Shown in pieces: positions 25,430-40,607 of a DNA stretch of 64,000 bases. A program made the position numbers and the translations under genes. Source of the stretch: Paraspadella gotoi. Lineage: Eukaryota > Animalia > Chaetognatha. Position 1 is the first letter of the stretch. Each line of letters begins with the position of its first letter. The notes beneath the pieces were generated by a model, which worked only from the letters and a program-made list of their open reading frames with translations, made no database searches and was not told the origin of the DNA. The DNA is taken from contig CM119269.1 of NCBI GenBank assembly GCA_051294375.1, positions 2,331,601 to 2,395,600 of the forward strand. The letters run 5' to 3'.

Positions 25430-28400
25430 CCTCTCCCTGAAATCGCAACAAACCATCCTACAAATTAAAATAAAAAGAATATCTCAAACAAAACCTCAAT
25501 GAAAATGTTTTGCAAAGAAACCCGAAAAAAAGAACCACATTGTCAAATGACAAGGAAGTAGATATTCAGAACAACTCCTTGAACACTTCGCTTCTAGCTT
25601 GTTTTATCACCACCTTACTCCACCCCCACACATCTGCCAATGAGAATGATAATAATTGCAAAGAAGTGCGAACTCTCCTACAAAGATTATCAGACAACCC
25701 CAACTTGATGGGCCATACAAGCAATAGCAAAGTTGTTTGAAACAAAGACAAATGAGGCCAGACTCGCATTCAGAAGCCCAGGGACTTCCAATGATCTTGT
25801 CATCAATATCTACACCCCTGGTAAATCAGTGGTAAAGACTGGAAGATTTTGATGGTTCAAGAGAAAATTCAACTGTTTTTTACCTTTTACGATTCTAATG
25901 ATACATTTTCGCTTCAATGCAGAGTCGGATAAATACGAAGAAAGCAGAACTATTGCAGAGAGAAAAAGCAGGAAACAATTAGAAAAAGAAAGGAAAGAAA
26001 AACTGCAACGAGAAAGAAATAAAGATTACAAAAATTCGAATGAGAAGAAAAAAAAAAGAATGGGGAATGAATTGAAAGAAAATACAAAAATAAATACCAC
26101 TGAATGAGGGCGCCTCAATATCGCTCTACCTGAGAATTAATGGAAGAAATTCCAATCCCTTCAACAGTCAGGTGGACCTTCGTCAAGAAGAAATGAAGAT
26201 TTCCAACATTTTTATGAGATTAGAAAACAAGAATATAAGAACAGCTGAATACCTAACGATGATACTCTCTTTATTGCTTGTTAGCGATTCTACATAGAGA
26301 CCTGGAAATGAGGCAATAAGACAACTCGCCGCGACAAAGACTCGTGGAGTCGAGTCTCCATATTGAAAATAATGAAGTGTCAAAACGTACACATCTCTTG
26401 ACAATAAAAATAACAAAATATAGGAGTTGATCTCGAGAGCAGATGCCAAAAAACACAGAGACGATAATAATCTATCCCGGAATTATACAATGGTAATGCA
26501 AGGTATCTGAAGACCGACTGAACATATGAAATAGCTCACGATGTTCTCTTTGATATCCAATATATCGCGAATAGATACTTAAAAATAGATCTGATCTATT
26601 ATTAAGACTATATAAAACATACAAGCGAATGAGATCGACTCAGAAAGAAATTGTATCTTCTGTATGAGATTGTTATGCGATGCTCTACATAGTATCTACA
26701 GAAAGTAGAGTATATTGAGGTTCCGAAACAGAGCGGAATATGAGAGATCGTACAGTAGCTCTGACTATCTCGCTCAGATATCCTCGAATGAGCAATGCGA
26801 AGAGTTGAGGTAGATAAGATAGAAAGTAAGAGTCGTCTAGATTAATGAATAAAACCTTGGAATGACGCAAATGAATCGTTGCATGCCATAATCACTAGTA
26901 GAAGATCTCGTGATAATTCATCCACCATCCATGGACTAAAGACACATACTTCCACATCTCTAATTAATGCTGACAGGTACTACACAAAATATGCGACAGA
27001 ATACGTAGAGCATCTGATCATCATAGGGGAACTTATACTCATATAATGTCTCAGCTCTCCTAAGGCGCATATATCGCGAATATCTGAATCTGATGCCATT
27101 CAACTTCCTTTTCGCGAAGAACTCACGGTCACTTTGCGGGTACGAGTACACAGACTGAAAAACAGCTGATACGCTCCAACAAAAGCACATACTCTCGCCA
27201 CTCGGTCGATCAGTGCGCACTCAGGACATGATGAATTACACAATTCATACATACAAAATATTAGCAAAAAGTACAGAATAACAGAATGACTCGAATCGCA
27301 ACAATGAAAGATAAAACTCAGAACCAACATACACCTAAACAGTCATAATTTTTACATTTGAAGAACATTTCTCACACATAAAACGAAGAAAGCATAACAA
27401 AAGTCTTAATTACAAAGATAAGTAACATATATAGAGAAACAAAGAAGAAAAGAATATAAGAACTATAATAAGATAAAAATTTGGAAAACCCACTACGGAG
27501 AACACGAAATACTCTAGTATGTCTCAAACGGTTGTCAAGAAAATCGAGCTCAAGAGAGAACAGCACTGACTCTGTGATCCATTCAATAACCTCAACAAGA
27601 AAGATCTATCAATGAATCAGTAAATACCGTAGAGAGTGGGGGACTGACCAGAGAAAACAAATGATATAGAGAAATATAATATCAGAAAGAAGTAGGTTAG
27701 ACTCGTCGGCTAAACACAATACGGTGCTTTAGCCATCATAACTGTGACTCCAAGATGAGCAAAACACAATAGCAAGAAATAATCTATACATTCGTAACTC
27801 GCCAAGGAATCAGTATTAGCTCTCTTCCATCTCACTCAACAGACCAGATCGTAGTTAGCTTAGAACAAAAATGATAATGACCTACCTCACAACTAACGCA
27901 CAATTTGGACACCTTGCGTAAGCGATAAAAAGATGTACACTGGCAAACACAAAGAACATAATATCAACTGTGTTAAAAATAGAATACATAAAATAATATA
28001 ACATGAGTCCCAAACTTGACAAAACTGAAAAAGAATTATGGAAAACCCACAAATTGTATCCAAAACTCCAAGAAGCATCGCAAGGATGTCCCCAACGCCG
28101 GCAGAGCTATGGTGAAAATAGGAATCAATAATAATCATGTTCCGTACATAGATGAACATCCTCCCTTATCATATATTAAGACCCATAAAATAAAGCTACA
28201 CTGTGATATAGTAGTTACCGCTGAGATTCTCATAAGTGGAACTCATATCTTATACTATTTCCCATATCATACAATATCTAGTAACATGATACGCAAACGA
28301 GGAGAGAAACTACGCCGAAAAGGTAGATAAGATATAAAAATACCAGATGGCAAAATAAACTAACATAACCAATAATAGCATATTATCCTTCGGCTCCACG

Positions 28401-29293
28401 GCCACACAGATAAAAAACCATTGCATAACACTGCTCACAACAGAAAGAAATGGGCTCCATGCTCCTGCATCTCACATCTTAATGTCTCACGAAAGAGCTA
28501 TAGAAAGTATTAGTATATGTGATTCTGCTCGAATACACAACTGACAAGATCAACACATAGATCCGTTATTGTTATAAGAGGCACCATCTCATAGAACAAG
28601 GTTATAAGAAAAAGAAGAAGCACTTCTGGAGTGACACACGTCGTGGGTGTAATTAACTCGAACATAGATCCGCGCATGGACTTGTGAATTAAATTATAAT
28701 CATCTTGTTCGACTGCTGCTCGATAGAGAGTAATATCAATAATTTTCGATTAGATGATAATGCTGTAATTCCCACAATATATATACTACCACTGACTATA
28801 TTATAGTAAGAAAAAGAATCTCTCTCTCTTNNNNNNNNNNNNNNNNNNNNNNNNNCCGCCATGATCTTCGCCGCTTTGACGATAGTCACGGTCAACGACG
28901 CAATCGATAGCGGATCTTAGAAATTGTGAATAAAAAATCTTAAAAGAATAGGATCGAGCCTCCCTTCAATGATAACTAAATATTGATGCGATGATAACCA
29001 AAGGATTGATGCGATGATAACCAAATGATTGATGCGATGATAACCAAATATTGATGCAATGATAACCAATAATTGATGCGATGATAACCAAATGATCGAT
29101 GTGATGAAAACCAAATGATTGATGTGATAATAACCAAATTGTTGATACGATGATAGTCATTCATTGATGTCATGATAATCATTCATTGATACGATGATAG
29201 TCATTCATTGATGCGATGATAGTCATTCATTGACGCAATGAATCATTCATCATAAATAAAACAAACAAATGCGTGTATGAGTGAAAGATAGAG

Positions 29294-29324
<31 letters not shown>

Positions 29325-32300
29325 GAGAGAAAGAAAGAGAAAAATCTTAAAAGAAGATTTTTCTCTTTCTTTCTCTCTCTCTCTCTTTCTCTCTTTCTCT
29401 CTCTTGATAACCAAAGGATTGATGCGATGATAACCAAATGATTGATGCGATGATGACCAAATATTGATGCGATGATAACCAATAATTGATGCGATGATAA
29501 ACAAATGATCGATGTGATGATAACCAAATGATTGATGTGATAATAACCAAATGGTTGATGCGATGATAGTCATTCATTGATGTGATGATAATCATTCATT
29601 GATATGAAGAGAGAGAGAAAGAGAGAGAGAGAGAAAGAAAGAGAGAAAGAAAGAGAATAAATCCACGAAAATGTCGGATGTAAATTTGGGATTTTGCATT
29701 GAGAAAAAAAGTGCGGAATAAATGGCGATAATAAAAGTTTTTAAGGGGACCCAGTGATAAAAATAATATCATAAGCTTAAGGGTCTATCATCAAAAAAAT
29801 TTGAATGGTGATAGTCATTAATTTTTCTTTGCACGGGAAAGTGGCGAAAAAATTCCTATCTCTTATTGTAGCGGAAACAAAAATTTTATAATTATGAAAA
29901 AAAAATTTAGTTGACCATACCTAAATATTTATATAATCCATTATTTTTTTTTGCATTAGAAAGTACTTTTTACTAAATTCCAAATTTTTATTTTTTACTG
30001 TACAAAGCTACAATTTTAGGTTTAAGCCTCATTGAACAAAGGCTTTACAAGACTAATATTTTTTATTTTTATATTTACTTAAAATCAGAAAAATCAAACC
30101 TAAATTCTATTCTTATAGAAACAAAACTGTAATAACTATTAATTAATATTCATATTTATCCCTTAAATATATTATTAAACTATATTGATTCCTAATTTTA
30201 ACAAATAAAATTTAGCAAAAGTACAGAATCTTTCTCTTTTTTATATTTATATTACTTTAAAGAGTTTTATTTTTATCCAATTAACAGAATTATTTGAAAA
30301 GAAAGTTTAAATAAAATCAGTCGATACCCTAAATTTTGATTCTTTCCTATTTTTTTTTGTTATAAATTTTTGTGATAAAATCTGAAGATCTTTTTAAAAT
30401 TAGCTCTTACCCTTTTTTGCAAAAAAAAATTTAAAACTTGAAAAAGATTTTCTTCTTACCGATTTTTTAAAGAAAATTAAGCTTGGTGATTATATCGAAT
30501 TTTTTAACTACTTTCCCATATGATTATAGAAGAAAAAGTTATATGGTCAGAACGAGCTGAAGTTAAAGGGTCAAACGTTATGCTTTCAGCTTTTTACCCC
30601 CCCTGGTCACTTGGTCCCCTTAAAAGGAATTAAAAAAAAATCAAAATTTTTCAAAAAACGATCACGCAAGAGAGCGTACAGAGAGAGAGAGACAGAGAGA
30701 GACAGACTGAGACAGAGAGAGAAAGAGAGAGAAAGCTGGACAGCCGCTGGAAGGCAGCTGAACAGTCACTTCAGAGCCTGAACATGTTTTTAAAGGGTTC
30801 AGAAAAGGCAGAAACTGACAAAAATAGGAAGAAAAATCTATATATGATTTAAAGAAATAAAAGAAAGGAAAAAAATGTTACAATTGTTTTACAATTGAAA
30901 ATTTTTACAATTTTTTCCAATCATAGTTTGTAAAAGATTTTATTTTTATTTGTATTAAAATTAAAATATAGCTTCTCATTAAAAAGGTCTTTTGATTTCC
31001 CATTTTTATTATAGATTTAAAATTTTTTTTGAATTTCATCTTCAATATTATATACTGCAATATGTCAATTAGATTAAAGCATTTCTGTATACTAATTTGG
31101 ATATTATAATGAGTACTTTAATATCATTTGCATATTGCAGTAAATCATAATGAAGTGGAAATTCAAAACAAAATACTTGAATTAGGGCTGCGCATCGTTC
31201 GAATCGAAGTTCGATCAAGATTCCTTTATATTTCACTTCTATTCAACTGCATAGTCACGGCCCAAAAAAATTATATCAATATGGGCAGATTCTGAAAGCT
31301 TGGCGTCTTGGAAAGCCAAACGGAGGTAGAGCGCGATCGAAATTTCCATTTTATCATGCCAAAAATGGTATTTAAATTGACTGGTCAGGCCGTTTTTTCC
31401 CTTTTCCCAAAAAGCCTGCTTGATCTTTTGTAAAATAGAACAAATCATACATATCAGTACGGTTTCGGATAGCCTTTTGTTTCTCTACACAATAAAAAAA
31501 AGAAAAGTTTAAATTCTTGCCATCTTTAATGCTTGATAAAGCAATCAAATGAACTGGTTTTTTAGGTGAAAACTGCATAGTCAAGCCTTCATTTTTTTTT
31601 GGTTCTAAAGCCATCGAAAGAAACTGTATTGTTTAAACTATCTGTTTCAGGTAGAGCGCGGGGCTAAATTTAGTCTATTTATATTAAATTTCATGCAAAT
31701 ACGAATGAAGTCCGTTTATCGCACGGTAAAGCCGATTTTAAGGCGCAATCCGGGCCGTATTTAAAACTGGTTATAGAGGTTATCTAATGAGGACTTCGAT
31801 CGAAAAAAAGGATTGATCATGCGCGATCCGGGCCAGATTAAAACCGCTTTTCAACATGGCTTTACCGTATTTAAACGGACGAAACGGAATGAAACGGAAT
31901 GAAACGGAACGAAACGGAACGAAACGGAACGAAACGGAACGAAACGGAACGAAACGGAACGAAACGGAACGAAACGGAACGAAACGGAACGAAACGGAAC
32001 GAAACGGAACGAAAACGGAACGAAACGGAACGAAACGGAACGAAAACGGAACGAAACGGAACGAAACGGAACGAAACGGAACGAAACGGAACGAAACGGA
32101 ACGAAACGGAACGAAACGGAACGAAACGGAACGAAACGGAACGACAACGGAACGAAACGGAACGAAACGGAACGAAACGGAACGAAACGGAACGAAGAAC
32201 GAAACGGAACGAAACGGAACGAACGGAACGAAACGGAACGAAACGGAAACGAAACGGAACGGTTCGCGGTCTGTTCTTGGTGGATTTTCCACAAACCATA

Positions 32301-33268
32301 GGGCGATAATCTTTGAAATTGTAATGTTTCATATTAATATTCGGATTAATTTGTTTTATTAACAAAACAATTTTATTCTTATTTTATAATAAAAAGTACT
32401 ACGAATACGATTGATTCTATAAAAGTGTGATATCATAGGGAGTTGAAAATTTAGATATGGCTCTTAATCATCAAGACCTTTGAAATTGTCATGTTTCATA
32501 TGAATATTCGTATTTTTTAAATGTTTTATTTACAAACAAAACGTTTTAATTATATGCAGCTCTCTCTCTTCTCCCTTTTAATTCTTGTCGCTCTCTCTCT
32601 CTCTGATTATTTTTTTTCTTCTAAAAACTTTTATTACTGCTGTGGGGAATCCCCGTCTTGCACTTTCACCGGAAGTTGAAGGCGTCTCGTGAGGCATTGC
32701 CACGAACTGTTTGAGTTCTTAGGATTGTTCCAAATGGTTAAAAACAATGCTGAACAAAGTTTCTTAATTTGTTCCGTGAGGTCCCTGGATCGATTCCATG
32801 TCGCCATTCTTTTATTTTAACTAAAAATGTTTATGTACAAGTTATCTTACATAAGGTAAGTAAAAGTAGATTAAGTAAAAACCCAAAATGGCTGCTCTGG
32901 TGGATGGGGTCAATCTTGGATCCGTTATTCGAGAATCGAATCGATACTGCCATTTTTTTCCGCGCTTTTTTTTTCTTGACCTCGTGGCTGTTACGTGGCA
33001 AGGAGTAAACAATGTCGAGGAACATGACCTAATAACGCGTTTCGATGGTAACGGAAACGTTACGTGTAATAAAAAAAATCAACTTGACCTCGATCACGCC
33101 GCCGTTGCGAGGCAACGGATAACCGATTATAACGAGAGTGACCTAATTATGCGTCTCGTTGGCGGGAAAACTTTCGTTGTAAATAAAGTTCGATCGCCTT
33201 GACCTAGATTTAACCACCGTCACTAGGCGACGAGTAAACGAGTGGGGCTCTGCAGCGTTTGTCCAGCT

Positions 33269-33317
<49 letters not shown>

Positions 33318-36300
33318 CATACACGCATTTGCTTGTTTTATTTATGATGAATGATTCATTGCGTAATGAATGACTATCATCGCATCAATAAATGCCTATC
33401 ATCGTTTCAATGAATGATTATCATCACAGCAATGAATGTCTATCATCGCATCAATCATTTGGTTATCATCGCATGAATATTTGGTTATCATCGCATCAAT
33501 CATTTGGTTATCATCGCATCAATTATTGGTTATCATCGCATTAATCATTTGGTTATCATCGAATCAATTATTGGTTATCATCGCATCAATTATTGGTTAT
33601 CATCGCATCAATATTTGGTTATCATTGCATCAATATTTGGTTATCATCGCATCAATAATCAATTACTATTACATCAATCAATTACTATTACATCAATCAA
33701 TTACTATTACATCAATCAATTACTTTTATATCAATAATTTGTTATCGCATCAATCATTCGTTTTTTTCCCCGGACTTTTTCATTAATTTTTTTGGATAAT
33801 GGTCTAGCGAGATAACTACACTTTAGATTTTTTTCTCAATTATAGTTTAAAATGCTTTGATAAATAAAACTCTATAATATTTTTTAAATTAATAGTGTGG
33901 AGCATAATGCTATAAAATGGCGCTACGCCACGCAACCTTTGATCTGCTCGCGGCATCGTCTTCCACACTCCTCCCTTTCCTGCGCTTTTAATTTCTATAC
34001 AATCTCCGTCGATATTTTTTCGGTTTTAATTCTTGCAACTTGAAAAAATCATGAATAGTGTAAAAAAGTGTTAAATTGTGGATAAAAAAAATTAAAATCG
34101 TGCCATTACCCAAACACTTAATCAATTTCTTTCAAAATTTCAATAAATGTTGCGATAAAATGTTTCTGTATTTTCATGTTAAAACTTTGAAAAAATATTT
34201 TGTCAAAATAAAGATATTTAATTAACAATAAATGAAAATATGAGACAAATCTACTAAACAATGGAATATACCAGAGTCTAGAAAACATATATAGATTCTT
34301 AACATAATAGGGAGGAGATTACACCAATTTTATACTCAGAGATCAATTTTATCTGATGATACACAGTAAAATAACTTTTGTAAAAAATATTATATCGATG
34401 TATTATTGGCCGGGACATCAGGGGACTCATTTTCAAGGTTTAAAAGATGGTGATAAAGGTTAAGCAAAGGCTTTAGCATCATATGTTACCTTAGGGTTTT
34501 ACCCGCGAAATTTGTTTTCTTGATACTGTGGTACAAACAAATGTAAACTTTCAAAATAATACTAGATAATTGTAATTTAAATTATTATTTTTTTGCATAA
34601 CAGTTAGAATTATGTTTGTGCATTTTGTTTTCCAAAGATCAAGTCTTATCTTTCAATATGTTTTATACAGTAATTTTTTTTAAAATGCCTTCTTTTTTGT
34701 TTCGAATTCCCTATGTTTTTTCGGGAAATAGAAAAATAAAAATCTCACCAAACACTTCCGGTCCCTATCTTTTGCTCTCTTAACTTTTCTCTTTTATATT
34801 CTATCATAATTATAGTATTTTTATAACTTATACTCATTAGAATTCTATATTTTCCTGCTTTCGATTATTTAATTACTTCTTATGAGGCCCGGATCGCGCC
34901 TAATCCGAATCGCCGATCTAAAGCTTAGAACTACGCGTAGTACAAATCCTTGTTGATCAAAATGAGTAAAATTTTAAGCGAAAGTTGATCGGTTTGAAGT
35001 GCGATTTTCGCGATCGCTTTTTTGTCATAACTTTTGAACGGATTATCCGATTTTGATGAAATTTTGCATGAAGATAATATTCAAATTTCCTATCGATTGG
35101 TGCCCAATTCATTGAAAAATACTTAATGGTTTAGAAACGATGCACATCCCCACTTGAATCCAAATGTAATATAAAATTTCAGAACTATTTCAAGATGAGA
35201 AGCCATAATCTAAATTTTTAACTTACTATGATCACACACTTTTATAAAACCTCATTGTAATTTATAATATTTTTATTTAAAAAAAACGGTAAGTCACAGC
35301 CAAAACTATAAAAGCGTAGTAGTTTTTATATAAAAATGCGTGACGCCGACGACGACGACGACGTCACAAAGAAGCTCACCCGAATCAATATCGAGCCTGA
35401 ACCGGCTTCGCCGGTAGGCTCGATAAAAACATTTAATGTGACTTTTCAATTGTGATGTTTATATTTTAAATTGATCGAATTAACAATATAAGTAAGGTAT
35501 TTGACCTAATGCCCAAAATGCTTTCTTTTTTTAAAAATAAATACTCGTTATTTTATACAAGCGAAACTATTTTATCCTTAATTCAAAGGGTCATATAAGT
35601 ATGGGGCAAGGAAATCTCTCAGAGGGGACCGGATACTGGCAGCAGTCACTGGTCGTGGTTTCCCCCTCTTCGCTCGGCCATTTGAGCCGCGAGTACTCGT
35701 GGAGCAACTCTAAGAGTCACTTTTCAGTCGGTCGGTCCGTCGGTCGGTATGTCTGTCCGTCGATCTGTCCCACTTACGTTAAAAATGTATATAATTTCTC
35801 TATTGTTGGTTGTTATTTTGTTAAGACAGAAACAAGTTTGAGCAAACAATGTCGGATCTGCCCACGATAATTAAGCGGTAATTAGCTAAATAAATAAATA
35901 AATAAATAAATAAATATATACTATAGTAGAAATAATTACAAATAAAGTACAAGTAATTTTTTTAACTATTATTATTTTTTCCACTTGCATCATTTTTTCA
36001 ACTTGCATCATTTTTGAAAACTTGCATCATTTTTTTAACTTGCATCATTTTTTCAACTTGCATGATTTTTTCAACTTGCATCATTGTTTTAACTCACCCC
36101 ATTTTTATAACTCGCTTCATTTTTTAACTTACTTTTTTTTCAAATTTTCATCATTTTTTCAACTTGCATCTTTTTTTTAACTTGCGTCCTTTTTTAAAAC
36201 TTTTTAAACTTTTTTTAAAACTCATTGCCACTTGCACGATTCCATCTAAACTTTATATCCAGCTTCATCACACACTTTCCTACCCACACACAAAATTTAA

Positions 36301-37392
36301 TCTCAATCTATCTATCCAATTATGATTAATTTGATTAATTATGGGTTAAAATTAGTAAAAATATATAAGTTAATGTGACTTATGTTTTTTCCATTTAAAC
36401 TCATTTCCTCTCGCACGATTCCATCAAAACTTTATATCTAGCTCAATCACACACTTTCCTACCCACACACAAAATTTCATTGTAATCCAACCATCCAATC
36501 ACGAGTAATTGGAGTTTTCTGCTAAGGGGGGATGGACAGACGGACGGACAGACAGACAGACGGACGGACGGACATCGTTTTTTTTGCTTAATTTACATAA
36601 TATGATGTTCTGATGTGATAAAAATGATTTACCGACAAGATTTAGGAGTGGGACCGACGGACCGACAAAGTGAATTATAGATCAGGATTAAAAACAGGAT
36701 CTGGAGAACAATTTTTCCCCCCGAGATCAGGAAGACCCTACGAAAAAAATGAAGACGAGTTGCCCCGTTCGTTTCCCATAAAAAACAAAGTCGTAAACAA
36801 ATCACCTTTTAATATTTTTTTTTTCGGTCGTCAACCTCCATTGTTTGTTTGTTTACGACTCGTTTTTTTTTTTTTTTTGACTCATCGCCTCCCTTCCTTT
36901 CCCGAAGAGACGCCGATCAAAACAAACTTGCTGAAAAGGTTTTTTTTTTTCCACCGACACAAATTAATTTTAAAAATAAAAAAAACTCCGCGAGTGAAAT
37001 TTGTTTTGTTATTTTGTCATCTTTTTTTTTTTGACGCCGTCGTGTTTGTTTGATTAATTATCCCCGAAATCTTTTGAAAATTATTATTTTCGACTCGTCA
37101 ACACAACAGCCTTTTTTTCCCCAATTATTATTATTAATATTATTATTTTCGACTCGTCAACAACAGCCTTTTTCCCCCAATTATTATTATTATTATTATC
37201 ATTATTATTATTATTATTTTTTTTTCGACTCGTCAACACAACAGCCTTTTCCCCCCAATTATTATTATTATTATTATTATCATTTTCGACTCGTCAACAC
37301 AACAGCCTTTTTTCCCCAATTATTATTATTATTATTATTATTATTATCATTTTCGACTCGTCAACACAACAGCCTTTTTCCCCCAATTATTA

Positions 37393-37457
<65 letters not shown>

Positions 37458-38001
37458 TGTTTGTGCCTCTGTAGTTTCGATCACGTTAGCTGACTTCAGT
37501 TCTTATTTAAATAACGTTCAGTTTTTGGAACAGGTTGGCGAGTTTATTTGTCAACAAACAATTTGGCGACGAAGAACGGAGATAAAATGTTTGTTTCATA
37601 AAAACGAGGTGTGAAATTAATTCTTAATTTCGAGATTAAAATATAAAAACGTAAAATATAAAATCAATTAAAAATAAACCCCAACGGCGAAGGTTAAAAA
37701 CGTTGAACGTTCTAGAGGCAACGACTTTCTCTCTCTAAAACATTGCTAAAGTTAAAAATAAAACGGATACCAATTGTCCCCCTTTTCCCCCTTTTCTTCG
37801 CGACTGAATCAGTTGTAAAACTTTTCCCTATTATTTGGGCCGTCTCGATCGCGATGTCGTCCGCCGGTGACTCCGCGGACGTTGAACTTTTATTCCGCGC
37901 GGGAACGCTCGCGTCGGCCGCCACGACCGTCAAAACATTATTATTATTTTCGACTCGTCAACACAACAGCCTTTTTCCCCCAATTATTATTATTATTATT
38001 A

Positions 38002-38081
<80 letters not shown>

Positions 38082-40017
38082 TTTGACTCGTCAACGGAGG
38101 GAGGTGCCAGGGCATAAGGGGTGGATTCGCCGTGAAAAGGGATTTCAATCGGGTAGAAGGAAAAACTTTCAATAATCGAAGTAGGAAATAGATTTGGAAA
38201 ATATTAAGAAAAATGAAAATTGGCTTTTCTTCAAGGACTATGATAATCATTGTTAGCTGATTGCGTAATGCGTTTATGAGGAGCGGAAAAAAACATCAGT
38301 TTTGTTTAAATTAGTGTAAATAAGACATATATAATATACATAACATAATATACATTGTATATGACTCGACTTTATTACTCTTCTCCGAATCAGGAATCGT
38401 GGAGGGAGACGAAATTCTGTCCATCAACGGAAAACCAGTGAGAGAATTGGACATGACCTACGTCGAGTCTCTTTTGGGACAAGGTAAGGCGTTTTGTAAA
38501 AGTTGTTGGGTAAGTTGCTTGGCGAGGAAAAGAGGTAAAAAGTGATTTGTAAGGGTCTTTGTATGTCACTAGTTTTAGCCAAAAAAAGCGCTGACTCGTC
38601 ATGCACTAATTTACCAAGCAGGCAAGCATTCGTTATACTGAATCCATCTTATCTTATCTTTGCTTCCTTTATAAACCTAAGATTAAATTCAAATGCCTCG
38701 CGTCAAGCGTCTGAGTCATTGTTGAGAATCCCGTATGTTGTTCCCGGATGTAGATCCTCGTTGCGGGACCAGGATGAGCAAAATAAAATGCGTCCCGGGA
38801 TATTTTTTTTTCTTAACTCTTGTCGCCGGGGACGACTTTGTAACGTGACCGAATTCCGCTTTTTCGCTCGTTTTTTCTCTTTGTTTGTCCTTGCTTTCTT
38901 TTGTTTCGTCCTTGCTTTCTGTTGTTTCGTCCTTGCTTTCTGTTGTTTCGTCCTTGCTTTCTGTTGTTTCGTCCTTGCTTTCTGTTGTTTTCTTCCAGCT
39001 TTCTCTCCACTTTTTTCCCGCTTTCTCTCCGCTTTCTTTTTGCTTTCTCTCTGCTTTCTTCCCGCTTTCTCTCCGCTTTCTTCCCGCTTTCTCTCCGCTT
39101 TCTTCCCGATTTCTCTTTGCTTTCTTCACGCTTTCTCTCCGCTTTCTTCCCTTATCGGAAAAGAAAAATAAGAAGCGAGCGTGGATTTCGATGGAGAAGC
39201 GAGATTTATTCCTTGTTGCGTAATTGAGATTCAGTTCCGGAATAAAAATCCGATGGCAATTTTTCACTTTTTTCTTTAAGAAGAGAGGAACATTGAAAAA
39301 AAAATTCAGATGCGTAGCCGCATCTCAGTATGAGACAATCCTTCTGTTGGTCGTGACGCCCCTGATCGGTCGGTCGGGTCGGTCGGTCGGTCGGTCGGTC
39401 GGTCGGTCGGTCGGTCGGGTCGGTCGGTCGGTCGTCGGTCGGTCGGTCGGTCGGTCGGTCGGTCGGTCGGTCGTCGGTCGGTCGGTCGGTCGTCGGTCGG
39501 TCGGTCCGGTCGGTCGGGCGCGGTCGGTCGGTCGGTCCGGTCGGTCGGTCGGTCGGTCGGTCGGTCGCGTCGGTCGGTCGGTCGGTCCGGTCGCGGTCGG
39601 TCGTCGGTCGGCGGTCCGGTCGGTTTTTGCGATTAACTTATCATCGATATCTTAAATTATAATTGATGAAAAAAAAGAAAAGAGAGAAAAAGATAAAACC
39701 TCAGATTTTTCGCCGCATCTTGAAGTCTAAAAAAAAAAACAACCCAAGAAAACTGCGGGAAAAAATATGGTTTGCCCGGGAAGGGGTGGGAAGCGCTGGA
39801 ACTCTAGGGACGCCTGGGGTGATTACAGCCAGAGTCTGGAGTTTAAACTGACTCAGACGCTGCGGGCGATTACATCCGGGATCTTGAGTGAAAACTGACT
39901 CATTACAATTACATCCGGGGTCTTTGGGCTTCCGGATACGGCCCTGGGGTCCGTCGAACGAATGTGTAAGCGAGAGAAAGTTTGAAATAACCCTTTGAAT
40001 TTTATTTTCTCTCTCTC

Positions 40018-40050
<33 letters not shown>

Positions 40051-40548
40051 GTACTTTTCTTTCTCTTTGTCTCAGGGGCGTCTGTGTTTCTGACCGTCCG
40101 GTCCGCGCGGTCGGAACCCCCCTCCATGGCCATACTCGTCGAGCAGGACATGATGGACTCGTCTATGGGTAAGTCGTATTTGTGCCTACGGGTAAGTCAT
40201 GTGGATATGAGTCTTGTCTGGATCGCGTCGATCTTGGTTCTCTTTTCCCTATTGGTCTCTTGTCTGGCGCCCAAGCAGCGCCCTCTGCTACCCGGTCTCC
40301 CGTTTTAGTCTGCGTCTTTATAGTTCACTTTCTTCTTTTTTTTCTTCTTTTCTCTTATTTTCCTTTCTGATCTTTCTTTTTTAGTAAAATTTTACGCGTT
40401 TCGTTCTTTCGGCGTTTTTTCTCCTATTTTTAAAAAATCCTTTTACCCTTCTTTCTTTCCTCTGTTTTTATTTATTTTTTTAATTTATTTATTAATTTTT
40501 TTGTTATTTTTATTTGTTATTTATTTATTTTTTTGTTATTTTTATTTG

Positions 40549-40607
<59 letters not shown>

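Larger units (their letters stand above)
28970..33760. mobile_element. Foldback-like element with modular inverted arms made of 21-22-bp minisatellite, a unique block and (GA)n
   Basis: TTGATGCGATGATAACCAAAT arrays at 28970-29230 and 29405-29600 face reverse-complement arrays at 33370-33760; the unique block at 29234-29283 is inverted at about 33313-33363; AAGCTGGACA at 30732 is inverted at about 33261-33270. Confidence 0.55.

Noticed and set aside
31780-32365. Long ORFs on both strands (RNETERNGTK / FRFVPFRSVS)
   Set aside because: Stop-free translations of the GAAACGGAAC tandem repeat.
37085-38095. Repeat-spacer pattern resembling a CRISPR array
   Set aside because: The spacers are only (TAT)n of variable length, the context is a eukaryotic intron and there are no cas genes; it is a minisatellite.
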